A stretch of 64,000 bases of DNA from an uncultured Acidobacteriaceae bacterium (GTDB taxonomy: Bacteria > Acidobacteriota > Terriglobia > Terriglobales > Acidobacteriaceae), in contig CAWEKM010000007.1 of the NCBI GenBank assembly GCA_963809605.1, positions 143,688-207,687 on the forward strand, written 5' to 3'. The position numbers and the translations under genes were made by a program. Positions 10,417-19,047 of this stretch are shown in pieces. Each line of letters begins with the position of its first letter. Position 1 is the stretch's first letter. Below the pieces are notes generated by a model. The model worked only from the letters and a program-made list of their open reading frames with translations. It was not told the DNA's origin and searched no databases.

Positions 10417-10913
10417 TTCTTTTCGCCCTTCTTACTCGTAGCAGTCGTCTTTGGCGCAGGAGTGTCGCTGATCATGTTCTGCGTGCGCACGGGTAGTCCT
10501 CGCTGCACGATCAAATCCATAGCGCGTTCGATGGGGATGCGAACCGTGCCGGCCGTTTCGTCCACCCAGCCGTAGCTGTAGAGCAGCCCTTCTTCACGCA
10601 CGGTCTCCTTGTTCAACTGATTCCGTTCGTCCGTCTCAAGGCGGGGATCCGGGAAAGTCTTCTTCAAATACTCGTCGGGGTTTGAAATCCTTCGCGTATC
10701 CGTCGGAACGTTCGTCAACAGCGGATTCACCGCGGGCTGCAACGCTTTTTCGCGGTGGTCGAGAAAGGCAAAAAGACCCCTCAGGCCAAAAAGGCAAATC
10801 ACGACCACAACCACGATGGTCAGCAGGAAGTAAAGAATGCCGGAGACCTGGAGATCCTGGTGCTCGTAGCCGCCCTGCTCCGTGGAGTTCTCGGGTTTGG
10901 TCTGGTCGCTCAT
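10413..10913 (-). CDS. single-TM membrane protein in the ActG position of the ACIII cluster (function unknown)
   Basis: 166 aa. One TM helix (ILYFLLTIVVVVVICLFGL). 4-nt overlap with the SCO gene. No motif recognised. Confidence 0.4.
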   Translation of the reverse strand: MSDQTKPENSTEQGGYEHQDLQVSGILYFLLTIVVVVVICLFGLRGLFAFLDHREKALQPAVNPLLTNVPTDTRRISNPDEYLKKTFPDPRLETDERNQLNKETVREEGLLYSYGWVDETAGTVRIPIERAMDLIVQRGLPVRTQNMISDTPAPKTTATSKKGEKK

Positions 10914-10940
10914 TTCCCGTCGGTCACTTCTCTTTTCTCT

Positions 10941-12158
10941 TTATGCATGCGTTTCATGCGCCGGTTGCAGAACTTCGTGGGCATCCGTGTCATAGGCCGG
11001 CAGAAGCGGCAGCGAGCCCAGGTTGCGGAAGAAATACCAAAGCCAGATTCCTCCGATAGCGATGGGCACAACTATGTCAGCCAGAGTCAGAGTGATTGTC
11101 TTGGAAAAATTCGGCTCGATGATCCAGCACAGATCCAGATAACGAATCAACAGCAGCCAAACCGCGAGCCACACCAGGCGTCGAATGTTGCGCTTGAACG
11201 GGCGCGAGAGCAGCATCGCGAACGGCACCGCGAACCCGAACACCGCAAGGAACAGCCCAATCCAGCCCCAGCCGCCATTGATACGCCGAAGATAAAAGGT
11301 GATTTCAGAAGGCAGGTTGCCGGCCCAGATAATCAGCCACTGCGAGAAGGAGAAATAAGCCCAAACCATGAGGAAAGCCAGCATCCACTTGCCGTGGTCG
11401 TGGACAAAGTCGGGCTTCAGCATCTCCGACATGGGCTTGTAGTTGAAAAGGATGCGCTCGACCACCACCGCGAAACACATGGCGGAGAGCACTTCGCCGA
11501 TCAGGATCAGCAGGCCAAAAATGGTTGATATCCAACTAGGATCGAGCGACATGATCCAGTCGATGGCGGCGAAGGAGATGGTGAAACCGTAGAGGATAAG
11601 TCCGGGACCGCTGACTGCCTTGAAACGTCCGCTGTTGTCGGGCGCGCCGGGCTTGTCGGTTTGCTTCGACCACATCGACAGCAGGAACGACAGAACATTC
11701 CACACCAGGAAATAGAACAAGGCGCGGACGATGAAGCCGTTCACCGTCAGATAACTCTGCGTGATCTGTTCGAGGTGCTCGCGGAGATGCCTGTCCTGAA
11801 TGTTACTGAGAGGCTGCGCCCAGATGTAGAGCCGGTGTATTCCAAAGAAAATGGGAATAAAAAGCACGAACAGCAGCGGCAGCGTGCGCATGGCCGCGCC
11901 CAGGATGCGGCGAATCACCGTGCCCCAGCCGCCGCCGGTGAGGTGGCGGATCATGAGAATCGCCATGGAGCCGAGGGCGACGCCGAGCCAGCACATGAAG
12001 CCGAGCAGGTAAGCGCGATAGAACTCATCTGGCTGCTTGAGTGCCAACACTATAGCGATCACGGCGAAGACGACTCCGATGACAAGCGAGCGCTGCGATA
12101 TTTTCTTCACCACTGCGGGCGCCGTCAGATCGAGATGGGGAGTTGTCGCCGCGCTCAT
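10941..12158 (-). CDS. actF: alternative complex III polytopic membrane subunit ActF
   Basis: 405 aa with many hydrophobic segments. 4-nt overlap with actE. Position after the monoheme subunit matches the canonical act order. Confidence 0.7.
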   Translation of the reverse strand: MSAATTPHLDLTAPAVVKKISQRSLVIGVVFAVIAIVLALKQPDEFYRAYLLGFMCWLGVALGSMAILMIRHLTGGGWGTVIRRILGAAMRTLPLLFVLFIPIFFGIHRLYIWAQPLSNIQDRHLREHLEQITQSYLTVNGFIVRALFYFLVWNVLSFLLSMWSKQTDKPGAPDNSGRFKAVSGPGLILYGFTISFAAIDWIMSLDPSWISTIFGLLILIGEVLSAMCFAVVVERILFNYKPMSEMLKPDFVHDHGKWMLAFLMVWAYFSFSQWLIIWAGNLPSEITFYLRRINGGWGWIGLFLAVFGFAVPFAMLLSRPFKRNIRRLVWLAVWLLLIRYLDLCWIIEPNFSKTITLTLADIVVPIAIGGIWLWYFFRNLGSLPLLPAYDTDAHEVLQPAHETHA

Positions 12159-12817
12159 TTCTTTTCCTCGCCTTGCGATGTAGTGTCAGTGTCAATCACA
12201 GGCAGAGTCGCACCCGAGCCCGGCTGGCCGCGGAACTTTGGCGGCTGTGACGGCACCGTCTGTCCCTTGGGCACATCCGCCATGGTCGCGTTCTGACTCA
12301 ACTGCAACGCGCGAACGTAGGCTACGATGTTCCAGCGGTCTCGCGGCGGAATTTGTGACGCATAATCGGGCATGATGCCGAAGCCATTCGTGATCACGTC
12401 GTAGAAGTAGCCGAGCGGCGCCTTCTGCAGCCGCGGGATGTGATACGAAGGCGGCTTGCGCGCAAAACCGCGCGACGGGATGAAGCCGTTGCCGTCCCCA
12501 AGCTCCGAATGACAGGGAGCGCAATAAATGTTGTAGCGCTCGCGGCCGCGCTCGAGAACTTCTTTGCTCACAGGAAACGGCATATAGTCGCCGGAATTGT
12601 TGCCGAGCTTGCCGGTATAGAAATAAGTATCCTCGTGCAGTTCACCCCTCGCGACTGTGCCTTCGACCGGTGGCCGCTCGGAGCGCTGGTCGGCAAAGAA
12701 GTCGCTGCGCGAAAGCGGATTCTCTCGCGGCTGCACGTGCATATCGAGACGGCAGCCCGAAAGCAAAGCGATCGCCGTCAACAATCCGGCAACGAAAATT
12801 TGGCGGAGACGCAGCAT
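12155..12817 (-). CDS. actE: ACIII monoheme cytochrome c lipoprotein ActE
   Basis: 220 aa. Lipobox LLSGC, single CAPCH heme motif. Confidence 0.8.
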   Translation of the reverse strand: MLRLRQIFVAGLLTAIALLSGCRLDMHVQPRENPLSRSDFFADQRSERPPVEGTVARGELHEDTYFYTGKLGNNSGDYMPFPVSKEVLERGRERYNIYCAPCHSELGDGNGFIPSRGFARKPPSYHIPRLQKAPLGYFYDVITNGFGIMPDYASQIPPRDRWNIVAYVRALQLSQNATMADVPKGQTVPSQPPKFRGQPGSGATLPVIDTDTTSQGEEKK

Positions 12818-12818
12818 C

Positions 12819-13355
12819 TTAGCTGGGCACCTCCGAAATCGAGCGTGGTTGCAAGCCTTGCAAGAACCCGCGCGTGCCGGCCGGATCGTACTTGGGATCG
12901 GAAGAGAACACGATCAGAAAAAAGCGGTCTTTCGATGCCGACGAGAATCTCGGCACATTGAACACAGGATGATAAGGCATGGGCAGGCCGTTCAGCGCGA
13001 GCATGCCGAACACCGCGGAGATCCCGGCAAAAAGAATCGTCATCTCAAACGTGATCACAATGAATGCCGGCCAGGAATGAGGCGGCTTGCCGCCGATGTT
13101 CAGCGGATAATCAACGGCCGACATCCACCACTGCATCAGATAACCGGTAAGGCCGCCGACGATGCCGCCGATCAACACGACCAGCGGAACTTCGTCGCGG
13201 TAAAAACCAATTTCCTCGGCCAATCCTTCGATGGGGAACGGGCTGTAGGCGTCGATTTTCTGATAGCCCGCTTGGTGCGTGCGCCTCGCGGCGTCCACCA
13301 GCGCCTGAGCCGAGTCGAACTCCGCCATGATGCCGTAGACCGGATCGCGTTTCAT
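12819..13355 (-). CDS. actD: ACIII membrane subunit ActD (DUF3341-like)
   Basis: 178 aa. Soluble N-domain plus two TM helices. 4-nt overlap with actC. Confidence 0.75.
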   Translation of the reverse strand: MKRDPVYGIMAEFDSAQALVDAARRTHQAGYQKIDAYSPFPIEGLAEEIGFYRDEVPLVVLIGGIVGGLTGYLMQWWMSAVDYPLNIGGKPPHSWPAFIVITFEMTILFAGISAVFGMLALNGLPMPYHPVFNVPRFSSASKDRFFLIVFSSDPKYDPAGTRGFLQGLQPRSISEVPS

Positions 13356-14722
13356 TCCTTCACCTCCGCTTCCGGCAGGAGGGTGCGCATTTCAAAGATC
13401 GAGATCGCCGGCAACAGGCGCAGGAACAGGAACATCGCCGCCAGGAACATGCCCAGGGTGCCGATGTACGTCATCCAGTCCCAGCGCGTGGGATAGTACA
13501 TGCCCCACGACGAGGTCAGGAAGTCGCGGCTAAGGCTGACCACGATGATGATGAAGCGCTCCAGCCACATGCCCACCAGAATCACGCCCGAAAGCAGAAA
13601 CAGCGCCACGGGACTGGTCCGCATTTTCTTGATCCAGAGCAATTGCGGAATGAAAATGTTGCAGGTGAGCAGAGCCCAGTAAGGCACTGCGTAAGGCCCA
13701 TGCAGCCGGTTCCACAGAGTGAAAGCGTCGTAGCGGTCGCCGCTGTACCAGCCCATAAAGGCCTCAATGCCATAGCCGTAAGCCACGATCAATCCGGTCG
13801 CGAGCATGACTTTCGCCGAATTCTGCAGATGACGCTCGGTGATGAAATCTTCGAGACCATAGATTTTGCGGATCGGAATCGCCAGCATCAGCACCATGGC
13901 GAAGCCCGAATAGATAGCTCCGGCCACGAAGTAGGGTGGGAAGATGGTCGTGTGCCAGCCGGGAACAATGCCGATCGCAAAGTCGAAGCTGACGACGGTA
14001 TGAACCGAGAGCACGAGCGGTGTAGCTAATCCGGCGAGCAGCAGATAGGCAGTCTCATAACGATGCCAGTGCCGCGCCGATCCGCGCCAGCCCATCGAGA
14101 GCATTCCATAAATAATTCTGGCCGCGGGATGCGTCGCGCGATCGCGCAGCGTGGCCATGTCGGGAATCAGGCCGATGAACCAGAACAGAGCCGAAATCGT
14201 AGCGTAAGTCGAGACCGCGAAAACGTCCCACATGAGCGGGCTGCGGAATTGCGGCCACACTCCCATGGTGCTGGGATAAGGAAACAGCCAGTAAGCCAGC
14301 CACGGACGCCCGACGTGAATGGCGGGAAAAATTCCGGCGCAGGCCACGGCAAACAATGTCATGGCTTCGGCGAAACGGTTAATTGAATTGCGCCACGACT
14401 GCCGCAATAGCAAAAGAATCGCCGAGATCAGGGTGCCGGCGTGGCCAATGCCGATCCACCATACAAAGTTGACGATGGCAAAGCCCCAGCCGATCGGAAT
14501 GGTATCGCCCCAGATGCCGATGCCTTTCAGAAACAGATATCCGATGGCATAGAGCATCATCATCGTCAGCAGAAACGCGATGCCGAAGCCCACAAACCAT
14601 CCGTTCGAGGCCGGACGCGTCAGCACAATCGCGCTGATCTTTTCCGTGACCGTGCCGAAGGTGTAGCCCGGCTCCATCACCGGAGCTTGCGTGTCCACCG
14701 TCGGTTTGTATGGCTCGTTCAT
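13352..14722 (-). CDS. actC: ACIII NrfD/PsrC-family quinol-interacting membrane subunit ActC
   Basis: 456 aa polytopic NrfD-like protein following the Fe-S/molybdopterin-like subunit. Confidence 0.85.
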   Translation of the reverse strand: MNEPYKPTVDTQAPVMEPGYTFGTVTEKISAIVLTRPASNGWFVGFGIAFLLTMMMLYAIGYLFLKGIGIWGDTIPIGWGFAIVNFVWWIGIGHAGTLISAILLLLRQSWRNSINRFAEAMTLFAVACAGIFPAIHVGRPWLAYWLFPYPSTMGVWPQFRSPLMWDVFAVSTYATISALFWFIGLIPDMATLRDRATHPAARIIYGMLSMGWRGSARHWHRYETAYLLLAGLATPLVLSVHTVVSFDFAIGIVPGWHTTIFPPYFVAGAIYSGFAMVLMLAIPIRKIYGLEDFITERHLQNSAKVMLATGLIVAYGYGIEAFMGWYSGDRYDAFTLWNRLHGPYAVPYWALLTCNIFIPQLLWIKKMRTSPVALFLLSGVILVGMWLERFIIIVVSLSRDFLTSSWGMYYPTRWDWMTYIGTLGMFLAAMFLFLRLLPAISIFEMRTLLPEAEVKE

Positions 14723-14760
14723 TTGTATCGCTCGTGCAACGAACTAGCGGGATCGGGAAG

Positions 14761-14780
14761 GGCACGACTTCAGTCGTGCC
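14761..14780. other. intercistronic stem-loop in the actB-actC spacer
   Basis: GGCACGAC-TTCA-GTCGTGCC, a perfect 8-bp stem with a 4-nt loop inside the 134-nt gap between actB stop and actC start. Confidence 0.5.
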
Positions 14781-14856
14781 GAAAATCGCGTGCACTCAAT
14801 GTCGGCTTCAGCCGCTGAGGTACGCTTCCGCTTCCACAACGAGTTTCCGTCGACCA

Positions 14857-17800
14857 TCACGACTTCAACTCCGGATTCGGATTGCCAACTTCCGCCAAAT
14901 AAGTCGTCCGCGGACGAGTATTCAATTCGCCCAGCAGGCTGTAATTCCGCGCCTGAGCCTTCAACTTCGAAACCTGGCTGTTCGGATCATTAATGTTGCC
15001 AAAAATAATCGCGCCCGCCGGACACGACTGCTGGCACGCGGTCTGCAATTCATCTCCGACTTTGATCTGCTTGCCTTCGCGCACCGACGCGGTCTCTGCA
15101 TCGATCTTGTGTTCGTTGATGCGCTGCACGCAGTAGGTGCATTTCTCCATCACGCCGCGGCTGCGCACACTCACGTCAGGATTGCGCATCATCTTGTATT
15201 GCGGCTTCGTCCAATCCTGAAACAGCAGGAAGTTGAACCGCCGCACCTTATAAGGACAGTTGTTCGAGCAATACCTCGTGCCCACGCAGCGGTTGTAAAC
15301 CATATCGTTCAGGCCTTCGGTCGAATGGTTGGTCGCGCCCACCGGGCAAACCACTTCACACGGAGCGTTCTCGCACTGCTGGCACGGCACGGGCTGGAAA
15401 AACGCTTTCGGATTGTCGCGATCGCGCGCCGCTTCATCTGGATACTGGTAGTAAGTGTCGATGCGAATCCAGTGCATGTGCCGCCCGATAGCGCACTGCT
15501 CTTTGCCCACAACCGCAATGTTATTCTCCGACTGGCAGGCAATCATGCAGTTGTTGCAGCCCACGCACGAGTTCAGGTCAATCGCCATCCCCCAGGCGTA
15601 GTCTTCTTCTTTATAGGGATAAGGCTTGTAAAGCGTGAGCCCGGGCGCGGGCTCTTCGCCTTGCTCCTTCGCGAAATTCGGATCCTTGCGATATTCCTCG
15701 AGCACAGTCTCGCGCACCAGCGGACGATGGTCGCCATTCGGCGTGTCCATCGACTGGTAGCCCTGAGTCGACGCCAGCACATATCTGTCGCCAGTCTTGC
15801 GAATCTGCAAGCCGGTCGCGAACCAGGGCGCGGCCGACGTGCGCAGCCTATAAGCGTCGAAGCCCTGCCCAGTGCCGACGCGCCCCGCGCGCGTGCGTCC
15901 ATAGCCAAGAGTCACAGTGACCGAATCGTCCGGAACCCCGGGCTGAATCCAAACCGGGCCGGTAACTTTTCTCCCATTCAGCTCAAGTTCAACCACGTCG
16001 CAAGTCTTGATCTGCAGCCGCTCGCCCATCACAGGACCGATGAGCACGGCGTTGTCCCAGGTGAGCTTGTTCATCGGCTTGGGACATTCCTGCAGCCAGC
16101 CGTTGTTGGAGAATTGTCCGTCGTAAATCGTGGGATCACGGCGGATGTTGAGTTCGATGGCGCTGGGATCGGCAGCTGCCGGCAATGGGATAGTTGGCTG
16201 GCGGGCTGAGCCTGCCTCCACAAACGGGGTAGCCAGAGTACCTTCGATCCAGCCGTCGTGCAGCGACTTGCGCCAGAACGCTTCGAAGTCCGCTCCTGAA
16301 TGTTGTTTCTGCCAGTAAGATCGGACGAGGTCATAGCCGTTCGCATCGGATTGACCGGAGAGCAGCGCAACAAATTCGATGGCACTCTTGCCGTTATAAA
16401 GCGGTGCGATCAGCGGTTGGATGAAGCTCGTGGTTCCAAAGTAGTCACGGGCATCTCCCCACGCTTCCAATTCGTGCGCCTGATTTATATGCCACTGGCA
16501 CAGTTCAGCGGTTTCGTTCTGATAAAGACCGAGGTGAACACGCAGGGGAACTTTATTGCCCTTCAATAGTTCGCGAAAGTTGAGATCAGCCGGTGCGTCG
16601 TAGGCGGGATTTCCTCCGAGGATGACAAGCAGGTCGATTTTGCCATCGTTGATGTCGGCGGCGAGTTCTTTTATAGAGTTGACGTTATTGATGAGATTGG
16701 CATCAACTGGAAAGATGGGCACAACGGTCTTGTCGAAATTGCCAAGCTTCGCATTGATTGCGTGGGCTAACGCATGAACCGCGGGCGGTTGATGATCGCC
16801 GACCATAACAAGGCTCGAGCCCCGGTGACCCTGAAGGTCCGACATCAGGGATTTCATGAAGTCGGCGTACTCAGCCGGGACTTCGCCGTTTTGTGCGAGC
16901 GCTCGAGCAAGGGCCTCAACCATCGAAGCCCTTACCGGTAGCCGATGATCCGCCTTCGCTCCTGTCGTCGTCGGGGTGCTCTCGATTACGTACAGCCGGT
17001 TCATCTTGCCATCGGGATTGCGGCGCTTGGCGAACTGGCGGATGTAGCGGACATTCCCCGGAAAACCCGCATACAGGAAGTCGGCGTCGAGCGAGACGAT
17101 CACGTCGGCCGTTTCAAAATCGTAAAGAGTATCGACCGGCTGCCCAAAGGCCAGCTTCGCGCCCTCGAGCACGTTGTCGCGATTGACCGGCTCGTACACA
17201 TGCCACTTCGCCTGCGGATAAATCTTCAGGAAGTTGCGTAATTGATCGGCGAGCGTGGGCGAAGAAATGGTCGGCGTAAGAATGCGAATCCCGGCGCCCT
17301 GCAACGCTTTCTGCGCGGTAAGCGGCCCGTGAAGCGCAGTGAGAAACGCCTGCCAGGACTGCTGATCCCCCATCGACACCACGCTCTGCGAGCGGTCAGG
17401 ATCGTACAGGCCGAGAATGTGCGCCTGCGCAAAAATGTCCGTGCCACCAAGCGATGCGGGATGCTTATCGTTGCCTTCGATTTTCGTCGGACGTCCCAAA
17501 TGGCTCTCGACCAGCAGCGGGCTGGCGTATCCGCCAAGCGTCATCGCGGTGGCATAGAACTGCGGCCGGCCGGGAATCACGTCCTCGGGCTGGCGCACGT
17601 AAGGGACGATCGGTTCAAGCGGCAGGCGGACGCAGCCGGTCATGCCAGCCAGCGCCATGGACGCGCCCATTACTTTCAAGAAGCCACGTCGCGAAACCGA
17701 ATCGACCCACTCGGAAGCGCCCTTGGGAAATTCGCGGTGCAAGGCTTCCTGGAACGCGGGGCTCCCGGCAAGCTCTTCGAGGCTGCGCCAGTATTCCGGA

Positions 17801-17943
17801 CCAGTCTTTTCAGCAGCATCGTGCGCAAGGGCCGCGTCAATGCGCTCGCGGACAGAGTCCAGATTCAGCTTGCCCTTCTTGCTGGGGCAAACATCTTCTC
17901 GCTTAGTGCTGCCGTCTTGTTCTTCCGTCTTCATTGATTCCAC
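14857..17943 (-). CDS. actB: ACIII subunit ActB (molybdopterin-oxidoreductase-like domain fused to 4Fe-4S ferredoxin domain)
   Basis: 1028 aa. Twin-arginine motif SRRGFLKVMG. Cys clusters CVGCNNCMIAC, CQQCENAPCEVVCP, CVGTRYCSNNCP. GTG start. Confidence 0.9.
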   Translation of the reverse strand: MESMKTEEQDGSTKREDVCPSKKGKLNLDSVRERIDAALAHDAAEKTGPEYWRSLEELAGSPAFQEALHREFPKGASEWVDSVSRRGFLKVMGASMALAGMTGCVRLPLEPIVPYVRQPEDVIPGRPQFYATAMTLGGYASPLLVESHLGRPTKIEGNDKHPASLGGTDIFAQAHILGLYDPDRSQSVVSMGDQQSWQAFLTALHGPLTAQKALQGAGIRILTPTISSPTLADQLRNFLKIYPQAKWHVYEPVNRDNVLEGAKLAFGQPVDTLYDFETADVIVSLDADFLYAGFPGNVRYIRQFAKRRNPDGKMNRLYVIESTPTTTGAKADHRLPVRASMVEALARALAQNGEVPAEYADFMKSLMSDLQGHRGSSLVMVGDHQPPAVHALAHAINAKLGNFDKTVVPIFPVDANLINNVNSIKELAADINDGKIDLLVILGGNPAYDAPADLNFRELLKGNKVPLRVHLGLYQNETAELCQWHINQAHELEAWGDARDYFGTTSFIQPLIAPLYNGKSAIEFVALLSGQSDANGYDLVRSYWQKQHSGADFEAFWRKSLHDGWIEGTLATPFVEAGSARQPTIPLPAAADPSAIELNIRRDPTIYDGQFSNNGWLQECPKPMNKLTWDNAVLIGPVMGERLQIKTCDVVELELNGRKVTGPVWIQPGVPDDSVTVTLGYGRTRAGRVGTGQGFDAYRLRTSAAPWFATGLQIRKTGDRYVLASTQGYQSMDTPNGDHRPLVRETVLEEYRKDPNFAKEQGEEPAPGLTLYKPYPYKEEDYAWGMAIDLNSCVGCNNCMIACQSENNIAVVGKEQCAIGRHMHWIRIDTYYQYPDEAARDRDNPKAFFQPVPCQQCENAPCEVVCPVGATNHSTEGLNDMVYNRCVGTRYCSNNCPYKVRRFNFLLFQDWTKPQYKMMRNPDVSVRSRGVMEKCTYCVQRINEHKIDAETASVREGKQIKVGDELQTACQQSCPAGAIIFGNINDPNSQVSKLKAQARNYSLLGELNTRPRTTYLAEVGNPNPELKS

Positions 17944-17955
17944 ATCACACGCTCT

Positions 17956-18091
17956 GTCATCCTGAGCGAAGCGAGAGTTCGCAAAGCGAAGTCTCGCGCA
18001 GTCGAAGGACCCCTGTAATGCCGGGAGCGCCGCGGACGCTGCGAGGCGTTCTCACGATGCCGATCGAAGCAACTTCTCCGCTCAGGATGAC
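17956..18091. repeat. REP-A palindromic dimer (MITE-like) inside the actA-actB spacer
   Basis: Perfect 13-bp terminal inverted repeat GTCATCCTGAGCG / CGCTCAGGATGAC. The left half is a reversed REP-A unit (contains GTCGAAGGACCCC). Confidence 0.8.
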
Positions 18092-18106
18092 AAGTACTCA
18101 TAATTC

Positions 18107-18805
18107 TCACCGATGGCAAGTGCTGCAACTGGTAATGTCCTTCACGCTGCGAACGTTATACTTCTTCACCAAAAACGAACCCAGATCAATCTGATCCGTA
18201 TAACTCTGCCCGTCAACCACAACGGGATTCGCGCTGGTGGGCTGCTGGTAGCGCATGTTGAACACCTGATCGCGCGGCCGCAGGTTCTTCTCCGGCGCGC
18301 GATGGCAGTTCAAACACCACTCCATCTGCAACGACTCCTGCTGGTACATCAGCGGCATCTGGTCGACCGGACCGTGGCAGGTGTTGCAGCCCACGCCTTT
18401 ATTGACATGAATGCTGTGATTGAAATAAACGAAATCAGGAAGCTGATTTACCCGCGTCCATTGCAGCGACTGGCCGCTGCGGTAACTGGCGCGGACAGGC
18501 TCGAGCAACTGGGCATTGATCCAGATCTGCGAGTGGCAGTTCATGCAGGTCTTGGTCGGAGGAATGCCTGCAAAACTCGAGGTCTCGACTGAAGTATGGC
18601 AGTAGCGGCAATCAATGCCGAGTCCGGTAACGTGGTGCTGGTGGCTGAAGGGCACCGGCTGCGGCTTGCGCACTCCGGCGTAGGTGACGTAAGGGGAGCG
18701 CTGCACCTCCATCGCCACCCAGCCGAGGGCGGCAATCACGAAGACCGCGCCGAAAATCGTGGCCCGCGAGAGGGTGTTGGTGCTGCGATGAAAAATCTGC
18801 GGCAT
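18107..18805 (-). CDS. actA: ACIII pentaheme cytochrome c ActA
   Basis: 232 aa. N-terminal anchor and five CxxCH motifs (CRYCH, CMNCH, CNTCH, CLNCH, CSTCH). Confidence 0.9.
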   Translation of the reverse strand: MPQIFHRSTNTLSRATIFGAVFVIAALGWVAMEVQRSPYVTYAGVRKPQPVPFSHQHHVTGLGIDCRYCHTSVETSSFAGIPPTKTCMNCHSQIWINAQLLEPVRASYRSGQSLQWTRVNQLPDFVYFNHSIHVNKGVGCNTCHGPVDQMPLMYQQESLQMEWCLNCHRAPEKNLRPRDQVFNMRYQQPTSANPVVVDGQSYTDQIDLGSFLVKKYNVRSVKDITSCSTCHR

Positions 18806-18927
18806 GCTTGCTTACGAACTTCAGAAAGTGAAAATGAGACCCAAGAAATTCCCTTTTGACGGAAGAAATGTTACGACGCAAAAGAAAACACCCACTGATT
18901 TTTTCGCGCCAGCTATGAGAACTGGAG

Positions 18928-18956
18928 ATTATAAATATTTCGTGCGCCATTGTCGC
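18928..18956 (-). promoter_or_regulatory. candidate sigma70-type promoter of the ACIII/oxidase cluster
   Basis: Minus-strand GCGACA, 17-nt spacer, TATAAT, roughly 120 nt upstream of the actA ATG, in the AT-rich part of the 242-nt intergenic region. Confidence 0.3.
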
Positions 18957-19047
18957 GCACTTTCCCGCGGGAGCGGAAAAATATTCCCGGGCTAAACGCG
19001 GCTGAAAAATCGTGTGATCTTTTTCCCCAGTCGGACATCCAAGGCAG

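Noticed and set aside
17934-18194. Short ORFs lying in repeat elements, also 22258-22521, 37800-38015, 62777-62971 and 63110-63349. They give recurring peptides such as HPERS, SLRMT and MWGRPPSAVRRA.
   Set aside because: The peptide similarity comes from the DNA repeats REP-A, REP-B and REP-D. The copies occur in different frames and contexts, so they are not protein-coding.
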